Assembly: GCA_038496445.1 (NCBI GenBank)
Contig: JALMLS010000571.1
Span: 62,001 to 126,000, forward strand
Reading direction: 5' to 3'
Length of the DNA stretch: 64,000 nucleotides
From: Trichosphaerium sp. ATCC 40318
Taxonomy: Eukaryota > Protista > Tubulinea
The notes below the pieces were generated by a model. That model saw only the letters and a program-made list of their open reading frames with translations, was not told the origin of the DNA and ran no database searches. Below are positions 27,066 through 38,367 of the stretch, piece after piece. Positions within the stretch are counted from its first letter, which is position 1, and each line of letters opens with the position of its first letter. The translations under genes and the position numbers were made by a program.

Positions 27066-28717
27066 TTATAATTTGGAGCAATGTGCAATTCGCTTTAAGC
27101 CTTGTATGTGATCCGGCTCAATACCAACATAAACACGAGAATCCCGTGATGATCTGGCACTGAAAGCCATGCGTGGTGTATTGAATGATAAACCAAGACG
27201 TCCCAAAGAGTCCTACAAGTCAATCAGCAACGAGGCACAATCAAACAATGATCACCATTGTAATGAATCCACCTAGCCCATTAACTGTTTTCAACACTTT
27301 AATAGTATCTACTGAAGCTTTCCAGGGACAATCACCATACTCTAACTTGGATACAACGGTCCTAAGGTTCGATAAGAAATAATGAAATAAAAACAGAAAG
27401 GACGAGGTTGACCTTGTCCCAAGAATGCGAATGAGATCCTCCCCGTAGCCTAAAAAGTCATTTGTTAAAAAGTCAACTATTGCATCCTACCAGTGGCTGC
27501 ACTAGCACCAACACCATCGAGTAAATATGCGCCTGCTCCCCACAAAGGAGTATCTTAAGTGGATTAGAGATTTAGTACGTCAGTTTAGCGCGCACCTCCA
27601 ACTATTAGAGCATTAGTGGCACAGCTGCCTGTATTGAAGTACCTCTGCCAGGACGTTTGAATGGTGTTCCTCCTGTAGATACAGCAACAGCCATGTCTCC
27701 TTGAGAATCTATGCATATACATCCGACTGTACCCTTTTTTTGCATGTTAAACTCCTGAAGAGCTGGTGATTTGTCAAATGCTGATTTTGGTTTAAAAGAA
27801 GGATCCTTCATTATCTTCTGATACCGTTGAAACTCGCTTTCCAAACAAACATCAATAAAGTTGAAATAACCAAATTTGTTGACAAACTAATGATTCTAAC
27901 CTGGACGTCAAGAGCTCTTTTGGTTGTAAAGTGGTGATACCCTAAAAACAAAAGGTTAACTCTTTTTTTTATGGAGAACCACAATAACGCACTTGCTGTT
28001 TTGCAAATCTGTTTGCACCTTGGCCTACGAGCATAATCTCATCTGTCTTTTCCATAACCATGCGGGCTATGCGGATAGGGTTCTGGAAGGCCATTTTAAC
28101 ACATACTTCAGAAACATGTGGTTTCTGATTTTTTTCTTACCTGCAGATCCTGAATAGCACATACAGACCCAATGTTGTATCCTTTGGTTGCAATAATCTA
28201 TGAGCCTTGTTAGGCTGTCCCGTTATTATTATTTTGTATCACGCACTGCATCCATTTCAATCTGCCCGGCACTGTGTAAAAAGTTTAGTTAAAATGATGT
28301 ATTCTGCGAACAAAAATGTGGGCTTTTTGTTAGTTGCACGTGCCTGTTCACAAAACTACCTTTACCTGCATCAAATGTAGGATCATCTATATACCTGTAA
28401 AGCCAAATTGTGGCCGATTTTAGTACCTTCCATAGAAATGACTGCCTATTGCCGTTTTAATTGGTTTCTTTTGTCGCAAACGCTGTTTTCGTGCATCTAT
28501 GTCCCAAACGCACCTGTTCTACGGCGTCTACGCAATTTCCGCCATCAGCAAGAATATCGTGAGCAATACTAGCAGCTACGCCAACGCCACGCTTATGAGC
28601 ATCCACAGCGTTGTCCTGGGAGTTTTCAATTAAAACTCAGTTATTCCACCTTAGAATTCACATAGCAAAGCGTACAGGAATATTCCAAGCGCCACCGTGT
28701 ACAATTACGCTGTGCAT
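27066..28717 (-). CDS. ASRGL1: Isoaspartyl peptidase / plant-type L-asparaginase (Ntn hydrolase) ending in SKL
   Basis: VIVHGGAW, MEDDPTFDAGKGS, IEMDA, NPIRIAR, autocleavage GTVG, STGGTPFKRPGRVGDTPLWGAG, ATGYGE, FNTPRM; ends ..AHCSKL*. Confidence 0.93.
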
Positions 28718-29587
28718 GCTGATAACAGGTCAAAGTTTCTCACTTTGGAGCTTTAATTCGTAAAAACAAAACATCTCATTTCTTTGGAATAAACAGCTGG
28801 GCTTAGTGGTTTATTGCTTTGACGAGTGTTTTAACTATCCGTTACAAACTGTCCCACAAGGAATTGGCCGTGAATATCGACAAAAAAGATACCGATAATC
28901 ACGTTTTTCAGTGTTCGTCGTAGGCATAAATAACCTGAACAATTTCTGCCTTTGCACTACCTGAACGCTGCTTATACGATAACTCGCGCGCTTCAGAATC
29001 CTCGGAGGATCAACTTTTACTAAAGGAAAGATTCATTGAAAGGTACTGAAATAGTAAAAAAACAGTTTGTTTCACAAGTTATTATTGGTTTTATAAACAA
29101 ATCACGCAAATTACACCCGTCATTACAACGTATTATGTATATGTTTGGTTTAGTTCCTGTACTCTTGCCGCCTGTCTTCGGCTTACAGCTGATATGTGCT
29201 CTTCTCTACCGCTTACTCCAGTCAGGGCTGAATATCAATTGATAGGCGAATAAAGAGAGGAACAGGTGCTAGTAAGTCAGCTAATGGTCTTGTTGGAATC
29301 CTTCGACAAGAGTCAGCTCCCGCGAGTCGCAAGAAGAATCCTACTATTTACGCAAATAGGAAGGCTCTTAGAAAGAGACTACGCTTGGACGCATACACCG
29401 CGTCTTTTTTGCACTTTTGTACAATCAATTAAGAACAAACAAAGCATACTTGCAGGGTTCGCATAATTCTAGGTCGAAGCCGGCACGTCTAAATCGTGCG
29501 AGTTGAAAGACGATTGAAAGAAGAGTTGTTTTTATTTGGGTAAACACCTTAGAAAGCAACCGATATCTTTTGTTCAAGCAATTTAAT

Positions 29588-31256
29588 TTAGCTGTCTTCT
29601 TCTGGAGCTTCGGTATCAGTATCCAAAAGGATGTCTTGAGTGGCTTGGGTCTCTTCAATTGGTGACTTTTCTTCTTCGCTCTCATCCGAGGACGAGTCAT
29701 CTGAATCATCATCATCTTTTTCTTGAATGCCTTCATCGTCACTTGGTACGATTGGTTCTCCCTCATCTTGAGCAGCAATAACAACCTTCGAGAAATTACC
29801 CCTATACACGTGAATGAGCACGTGTTGTTTAATTCCAAAAATTGTGGTGCGCAAAAAAATCTTTTACGTACGACTTTTTCTTTCTGTTCACAAAGAAAGT
29901 CATGTAAACTACCCATGCGACAATGGTTGCGATAGATATTAAAGTAGCTAGATAAAATATCAGTAGATGTCATATTTCTAATGCATACCAATTACGACAA
30001 TAACGACAACAGATACCTTAGCTGTAGCTTTTTCTTCGACCTATGATACCAAACGGTTAAAAATAAACTCATCAAAAAAAAAAATAACAAAACTAACCTC
30101 TTGGATTCCCAATGCGAGTGGGATACCTTCAGTGCTAATGATTTTAACGCCAGCTGATGCCAAAGCAGCATCATCAGCATCAGACAAACCAGCGACAGCA
30201 TCGGAGATGACATAGGCGTCAAAAGAGAAAACTTTTGCGTCACTGGCAGTAGCGACAAGGCTCACACCACCAAGACCAACGATTAGAAGGGTGTTGATGC
30301 CTGCAGCCTAACGAAGAAGTTAGATATGACCAATATTCGAAGAGAACCGTACCTCCAAGTCGTTTTCAAGGGTAGTAAAGTTGAGGTGAGTGTTATCACG
30401 GAACGCGCTATCGGAACCTGTCGCGCACTCGATATTTTTCTTCATTATTACGTCACTTGGTTTTTGAATGAGTTGCTAGTAGAAATCAGTTTTAGAGGTT
30501 TTGTTTGCGGTTTATCTTTTTTTTGTGTATCACAAAAAAAAAAGATTCGGCTGTCTGGTTTAATACCTTTGAGAAATCAGATTCGGGCTGTCCAGCAACA
30601 CAAGAATCTTCAAGAAGCTAAACACGTGAACGGTGAGTCGTAAAAGGTTTTCGGTGGTGATAAAACCGTACCACTTGAACTAATTTCTTGCCACGGCTAG
30701 CTGGATCAGCTGCTGGGCATGGGACAGTGTATTCTTGCTAAAGCAGATATTAATGGTAACGCGGCTAACTTTTGAAAAAAAAACGGCGAAAGCGCTTAGT
30801 TTCAAAAAAGCGGTTTGTATGGATGCGTACTTGGTTAATTTCAGATTCACAGAGTTGTCCGTGTGCGTTGTAAAATAGCTCAACCGAATCTCCGGGATTT
30901 TTGCCCACGTGAACAGAGGCAAACGATATGTGTGTTGAACACTTCCATTCCTAGAGAATGACGTTTTTGAGAAGAGAAAAAAACAGGGTATCGTAAACCA
31001 ACCAAGCGGTTATTCAAAACCTACGCACCTGCGTCAATACCACTCTGGTAAACTCGTAGTCGTATTTTGTTCTGATATCATTAATAGCGAGGATTACTTC
31101 GTCTCCTCCCTTCACGCCAGCTGCTCCTCCAGGGAGGCTACAGTACTGAGCGTCTATAACGATGAGAGCTGCTTTTGTCTCAGTTGCTTCAGCGGCCTCT
31201 TGAGAGGCAACGAAGCTTACAAATACAACCAAAATAAGCGCTAAGGAGATGTTCAT
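29588..31256 (-). CDS. Type-I membrane protein with nicotinamidase/isochorismatase-fold ectodomain (predicted inactive) and acidic cytoplasmic tail
   Basis: Signal MNISLALILVVFVSFVAS; ALIVIDAQ..LPGG; TQEWKCSTHISFAS; SAFRDN; GINTLLIVGL..ATASDA; TM VSVVVIVVIATLISIATIVAWVVYMTFFV followed by RKKK and a D/E-rich tail. Confidence 0.85.
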
Positions 31257-31460
31257 TGATGCTGGCGATAGATAAAATGAGTGAGCACACGACGGACATT
31301 TGGCATCTACTCCGAATAAATGCGACAAAATCTACCCGAGAACGTTGTTTATGGTATAAGGTTGTTTATTAAAAGGTATGGTTAATGTAAGCAACCATTC
31401 GTTGGACAAGATTCAAAAAATCTTTTTTTCAATTTTTTTTTTGTATTTTTCGAGTACGCT

Positions 31461-34400
31461 TTAGTCAAAATCGCTGTCTTCGCCATCGTCAGTAGCCGTT
31501 TCCAACTCGATTTCTTTACCGGTATTGCCACCACGGGCATTGCTAATAGCAATACATATAGCGCCTATTATACCAACAAGAACGATGCTGAGACCATAGC
31601 CAAGCAGAACGTAGGCGAATAAGAGTGTGCTTCTTGCTGCTTGTTGCTGGAACTCGATAAAACCGGATACCCAACGTTCTAGGGCACGACGTAAGTACTA
31701 GGGACTACATATAATGAAAGTAAAGAAAACGTACGTAAAGTAACCGATGTGCTGATCGCCACTGAGTCAGGGATGTACAAGAACGTTGGTGCTCGTATGT
31801 ACGGTGTAATATAAAGAGGATACAACTGTAAGTTATTTGCCATGTATCTACGCGTGTTAAAAGAGTTTTTGATGCTTTTAGAACGCAGTAGCTACGTACG
31901 TTAATACTTCCAGTATGGTTTCAACTCCCAAGATACATTGAGCGAGATCATTGAAAATAGTGGCAAGGAACGATACAGATTGAGCGCCAAGCTCGTCTCT
32001 AATGTACCTAGTGGCTAACTCCTCTGGCCAAGTTTCAGCCTTGTCCGCAACAACTTCAAGCCATCCTCGCGGTTTATTAAGAAAGTTGTCAATGTCGGAA
32101 GCCAAATTCACAACGGTCTACGCGCATAGATGTCAAAAAAAAAAATTGAGTTTTTTCAGGTTTGACGTACACCGTTGAATTCATCAGTCCATTTACCGAC
32201 AGTATCATTAATGAGGCCATTCCAAGCGTCAGATTGATCTTGAACAAAACCCTTTACTTCAATGTTGATCCAGGTGTTTGCTGTTGTTTCGATCAAGGAC
32301 AGTTGCCAAACAAGTAGAAATACGAATACAATTGACAATATAGCCAACATGATAATCATTACAGCGGCAGGCCAACTGATGTATTCGAGGAACCACATGA
32401 GTGGTGAAACCTGTCCAGATTCAGCTGCTTTGCCTTCAAGCTTGCCTGAAAGCCAAGTTCTGAGGCGCAACATCTTTGAACGGACCCAACGGCGAACACG
32501 TTTCCAGAAATACAGCCAAACAAATACCGCAATGATGCATATAACGATACCAATGAGGTAACCCATAAAGAGCCAGAGTAGTACATCTACAGCCTCGTCG
32601 TAAGATCCGAATGGAAACTCGTGACAAAAAGTCACATTTTGATAAGTTAATACTGGGAATAGATCCACAGTAACATTTGGAATGGTGGCCCTAAGAAGGT
32701 TAGAATATTATCAGAAAAAGTCAAACACAAAAAAAAGTGAGTGTAGAACTCGAGTTGATCAACGGTAGTGGCGGCATTCGCTACGAAAATAAAAGCATTG
32801 TTTGACCAATCCGCAGGGAAAAGTGTCGTACTGAAAGTCTGCAAGGGCACCATCTAAGAATTCTTCTCTGAGTGTTCTGATGATAAAATCAGATAATTCT
32901 CCATTTCCAAAATCAACAATGCTTGTTTTATTTCCTTCCAAGTCGTTTGTTGCACCTGAAGCGGCATTCTTAGATACATCTAGAACACCACACATCTACG
33001 GAAAAGAAATGAGCTTTAGAACGCAACTTTGAATAAAAATTACGTCTTGTTTAAGTATTTCCCGTTGTGTTTCAGGAAGAGTAGCAATATTATCCTTGAA
33101 ACTGTTGACAAAATCTTGGATGCCAAACTGTTGAATATCACGCTTATTCCTCAAGCTATCAAAGTGGTTCTTGACTTGATCTTCCAAGAATGAGTCGAAC
33201 ACAGCTGCACGTTTCTTTGCAATAGGTGCTGCAGTTGTTGGCGCTGTTGTTGTTGGTACAGCTGGAGCTTCAGTTGTTGGCACGGCTGGTGCTTCTGTTG
33301 TTGGTACTACTGGCGCTTCAGTCGTTGGAGCTACAGGAACTGTAGGTGCTTCAGTTGTTGGTACAACAGGAGGTGTAGGTCCAGTTGGAGGTACTGTAGT
33401 GTTCGTATTATTGTTGCTTGGAGGCTCAGGTGGAAAACAGAATTCATTGATAGTGTCAGAATCTATGTTCGATATCAATTGATCTAGCTCTGATACACTA
33501 ACTGGCGTAAGCATTTCACAAACTCTTTTTTTAATACTCCCTGTTGGTAGACGTACCCATTCTCAACTACATTAACAGCAGCCTTGTAAGCACATATGTA
33601 GCTGTTAAACTTAAATTGTATCGCTCTTACAAGCAACTAAGGTACAGAATAAGTTCAAGTTGTGTACCAATAAAATGAATAGTAGAAAACTCAAAAAGGA
33701 TTTTTTTTTTAAGGCCGTACCGGGACAGCATAGTCCACTGTTGAGTTTACAATATCGTAACTTTCTTCTATGATTGTATTTAATAAGCTAGCAGCTTGTT
33801 CGTTCGCTTCTCGCGCAGCTATAACATGTAGATTGAATACATTCGATACTGCAACCTCCATAGATGTGCACGTCTCTCTCATTGAATCCTTGCTTCTGTT
33901 TGCATCACGATTAACAACTTGGAAAGTCAACACTGAAGCTGCCCTAAATTGAGATTGATTAAATGAGAAAACCAGATCTGCAGTAAACAATATTTGAATT
34001 TCAAAAATCTGTGCCAGAAACCGGCAAAACTATTTACACAAATGTCCATAAAAAGACGAAAGGGAAAAAACCGTACAATAAAGTTAACAAGCCAGCAATG
34101 TACATGTGCCAAAACACTCTTGAATCTGCCCATCTTGACCCGATATACTTTGGGTGGACTGCCGAACAAAATTTTCCACTGCGCACTTTACGCTTCTTCT
34201 TAACAACGACACGTTGTGGGCTTACTTGGTCCGCTTCAATTGTGACGACATCGTTACCTTTACCAGCGTGTTTTCTGCCATATCGCGGTACAACATTTCT
34301 CTTGCGGCTGTCTTGAGATGCATGTAGATTTCCCATAGAGGGCAGCAAATGAGACTTGTTCTTGTCGAGTTTAGCCTCATGCTCCCCTCTGTCTCCTTCA

Positions 34401-34714
34401 CTCCAATCACTATCCCAAGAGGCCTACTGCGCGTTAAGAAGTGTTTTTTCGGAGTACAAACTCGTTTTGGTGTAAGAACTTGTATAGGACAAGTAGAAAA
34501 TTGCAGTTTAAGGTGAGGACACTGTTTAGCCCGCGACGAGCGTTTTAAGGTTTTTTACTGCGTACGTTACTAGCGGCTCTCATAGGCCGCATTTGCTCTT
34601 CCTCTAGGCTATTGTAGTTAATACAACATGTACGTTAGTAATCGTGAAAAGTACAATTACTGGTATTTGTTCGCACCTTGCACTCCTACTACGCGTAGAT
34701 GAACTCGTGCTCAT
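31461..34714 (-). CDS. PRM1: Prm1-like multi-pass plasma-membrane fusion protein (start uncertain, 34336 or 34714)
   Basis: Colinear similarity to fungal Prm1: PKYIGSRWADSRVFW+TM; TCTSMEVAVSNVFNLHVIAAREANE; YIC; MWFLEYISWPAAVMIIMLAILS; NDLAQCILG; C-terminal TM. Confidence 0.7.
33228..33365 (-). repeat. Mucin-like PTTEAP(A/V)V tandem repeat (~24-nt units) in the Prm1-like ectodomain
   Basis: VVPTTEAPTVPVAPTTEAPVVPTTEAPAVPTTEAPAVPTTTAPTTAAP in ORF 32996..33514. Confidence 0.9.
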
Positions 34715-34924
34715 ACTAGAACCTTAGATGTATTAACTTGGAGAAAAAGCACTAATTAACTATCACTCAGTTTAAAATATGATGGTCCACATTTTTCTGT
34801 GCACAAATTAAATGTTCTACAGTCCAGTTTGTAGTCTTTTTACCAGTTTTTTTTTCCGCTCTTACCCGATATGGAACTTTTTTTTTGGTTATGGAAAAAG
34901 TAGAATTCTGAACAATAACTGCTT

Positions 34925-36533
34925 TTAAAACACTGTTCTTATTGTGTCATAGTTATTTACAAGTTCGCGCAACATTTTAGCCACGTGTGGAACATTTTCT
35001 TGAATCTCTTGTTTCGTTGTGGAGCCTACCATCAAAGGTCCAAAAATAATTACTAAAGCAGCCAAAGAGTTGCTAGAATCGTCAATATTGCACAAAGCGT
35101 GTATTGTTGCTACTACACTCAGCAAAACAACGCGATTGTAGGCATCAATAGTGTCTAGGAATTGCTTCATAAACGTGGAGAGTGACATGTCAACCTTGTT
35201 TGTAACAAACGTTGTAAAATATGTCAACATGCGAAGAGGAATGATTGGTTCTCCCAATATCAGGAATTGTTTCAATACAGCTGCTACAGAATGCACTGAA
35301 TATTGACTCAGTTGTAAGTTAGCTGATTGAAAAAAACCTGTTAGTAAGGTGCCAAAGTACTTTGGTATAAGCGTACGTTTTGTGTGGTATATTTGCAATA
35401 GCTCAACTACTTCGCGATAACTAGTTACTATTAAATCAAAATCCTACAACGAGATGATCAGGCGTACACCCCAGGTTTTATAAACAAGCTTTCTGTACTG
35501 GCTAAGAACTACTTAGAAAGGGCGAGTACTATTAACACGAGGAAGCATACCGTGAGATTGTAAGTGAGCAAACAAACGGGTATAGTCATTTCCTTTATTC
35601 GGTTGAAGCGGTGGTACACCCACCTGTGGTTCGACTCTGGGCTAATCAGTTTGTTAACATGGCTTGCTTATTGCAACAGAGTAAATAACAAACCTTGAAG
35701 AATCTGGACTTGCTGAGTACTAGGACAGTGTCAGGTAATTTTATCATTTTTCTTTGACTTAAAAATCGTACGTGATTTGACATGACTGACAGCGTTTGCA
35801 GGCTCCTTTATAAAAGTTGGTCTATTATTAACCTTTGGTGAACCAGCTGCAACTGCCTTTGTTTGAATTATATAGTATTGAGCTCTTGCATTGAATGCCC
35901 TGTTTTTGAAGATTAAATACAAATAAGTAAAAGAAAAAGCAAGAAATCAAATACTCACTTTTCTGGATGCACTTCTACCTTAAGATATCCAGTTGCAACG
36001 CCATTATATGTGCTGTTTCCGAGGCTGGGATTACTAAACTTGAACGTTACTGTACTATGCCCTAAAGAGAGGATTTAGTTTGTAAACCCCTTCTTTTTTT
36101 GGAACAAACAATCAAAATGACCACGTGGTCTTGTAAAACGTACTTTTTCTGCTTATATCGAATGTTTGATATGTAACTACTCCTCTACATCCAGAATCGA
36201 TTTCAGGGTGAGCAGGCATGACCCCAAATCTAATTGTCGTTTGTCACACAAATTTGGGAATGCGAAAACGTACTCCACAGATGTATTCTGAGGTATTGAT
36301 TGTGGTGGCGGACGAGACCATTTACTCTACATTGTATTAGTGTTTACACGGTTTCAAAGTCGATAAATATGTTGAAGCCGCGTTGTTTATTCTAGTGGCG
36401 CTTTTTTGAGTACCGTTTGGGTTTCTGTTTTAGAAATTAATTCAAATGATGATGGCGTTGTGTTCAATACGCTCACTAGCACGCTCCGATACTTTGTAGT
36501 GGCATGATATGTTCGCCAGTCGTCCTCTTGCAT
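34925..36533 (-). CDS. Aegerolysin/ET79-like beta-sandwich fused to a RhoGAP domain lacking the arginine finger
   Basis: Spliced N-terminus RSVLVSVLNTT..KWSRPPPQSIPQNTSVEFG..GCRGVVTY..TFKFSNPSLGNSTY; RhoGAP TESLFIKPG, VHSVAAVLKQFL..EPIIP, LVIIFGPLM. Confidence 0.75.
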
Positions 36534-36641
36534 ATTACGGCCAAGGAACTGCTGCGCAGCGTCAAGGCGTGGTGTAGACGTGCTGGGTACAGCTACAGGT
36601 ACTTAAAATGGTGTTAAGTACAATACAGAAAAACAGCACAG
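36534..36641. promoter_or_regulatory. Putative bidirectional promoter (RhoGAP / DUS4L)
   Basis: Divergent ATGs 108 nt apart. Confidence 0.55.
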
Positions 36642-38017
36642 ATGGCGGAGCAAAAACACCACAAAACACCTTTACAAATACTAGAGGAGAAGGATTTCGT
36701 ATATGTACAAGCACCTATGGTGCGCTACTCCAAGTAATAATCGTTGAATACCATAAATACTAAACAAACGGCGTGTAGGCTCCCATTTCGCCTTTTATGT
36801 AAACGGTAGGGATTCTTAATTTACAGTGTGGGAATAACAAGCCTAGATGGGGTGCTGACATATTGTATACACCAATGATAGTCTCACAGGACTTCCTACG
36901 CGTGCGTTACAATGAAATAACAAGATAAACGGAGTAATATGACAATAGAGCCCACAAGCGAGAAAATTCGAATTTACATCGAATAAATGCACGTAAACCA
37001 CTTTTAACCATAATTGACACTGACAGATGATCATCCGTTGGTAGTACAACTAGCAGGGTCGTCAGCACATGACGTCGCTACAGCAGCAACGTATCTTGCA
37101 GAGTACGTAGTGTTGTTTCTATCCTGGAATCTATTAACATCCTTATTAGCTACTGTGATGCCATTGATATCAACTGTGGCTGCCCACAACAATGGGCAAT
37201 AGATAAAGTAGAATCAATGACGCTCCAACATTTCATTAACATACCATCGGATAGGGTTATGGATGTGGCATGTTAAATGATCCAGAGAGAATTAAAGAAA
37301 CAGTGCGCCTTACAAAAGAGATGTCCGGACTCCCATGCTCTGTAAAGATTAGAATACAACCGGATCTCAAGCACGACATGTTAAGTGTATGGCAATCAAT
37401 ACTAACACTAACGGTAGAGACACTGTAAATCTAGTTAAGCAAGCTGAGAGCGCTGGCGCAGCTTGGATAACTGTACATGGACGCACAGTGGAGCAACGTG
37501 GAGATACACCAGTCAATTATGAGGCAGTAAAACTTGTACAATTTATTTGGAAGTGGATCATTACTTTGTAACAATAACAATAGGTTAAAGATTCAGTATC
37601 TGTCCCAGTTATAGGCAACGGACATTGTTTTAATCTGCAGGTTTGTTTATTTAATACAGATGAGTGCTAATGCTAATTACAGGATGCAAAAATTTGGAAG
37701 GAAAAGACTGGAGTTGATGGTAAGAAAATTTTGTTAAGAAAAATTGTTTACACGTGTTAGGTGTGATGGCTGCAAGAGGTCTTCTTCACAACCCAGCTCT
37801 TTTTGCCGGTCATAAAATAACACCAAAGAAGTGTATAGAAGAATTTGTAGACTTGTCACTGAGCTATGGGATGCGCAATGACCTGTTTCATCAACACTTA
37901 ATGTTCATGCTCTATTCGATTCATGGCAAAGTTGAAAAGTCAGTATTTAACAACTTACGTGCAGTGCCCAGCATGCTCGACTACTTTCAAAAACGAGACT
38001 ATAAATTCGGTACGTAA
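36642..38017 (+). CDS. DUS4L: tRNA-dihydrouridine(20a/20b) synthase
   Basis: QAPMVRYSKLPFR, YTPMI, DHPLVVQL, DINCGCPQ, WITVHGRT, GVMAARGLLHNPALF. Confidence 0.93.
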
Positions 38018-38367
38018 AGGCTAATATGTATGTGGCACATCTCATGCGACTATAGACGAAGTGTCATTGACACATGAACAAATCTATCGCGCAACTTGGT
38101 CTTGATTGTTAATAGCCATAGCGAAAAACCACTATTGGCTATACCACAAAACTAGTGATGCAGGTCACAGTATTGGAATCACGACATGTACTTTTGACTA
38201 AGGTGCATACCAGCGGTAGTTATTAAATTGTACAATAAACATTTGCTTCTGGCTTATCACCGGCCTCCTGTGAAATTAGCTCAATTTTGGTTAAAACCAG
38301 TGTTGACCTTAACCCGAAATTTTACGTCAATTATTTGAAAAATTACAGTACACCTTGAGCATACACC

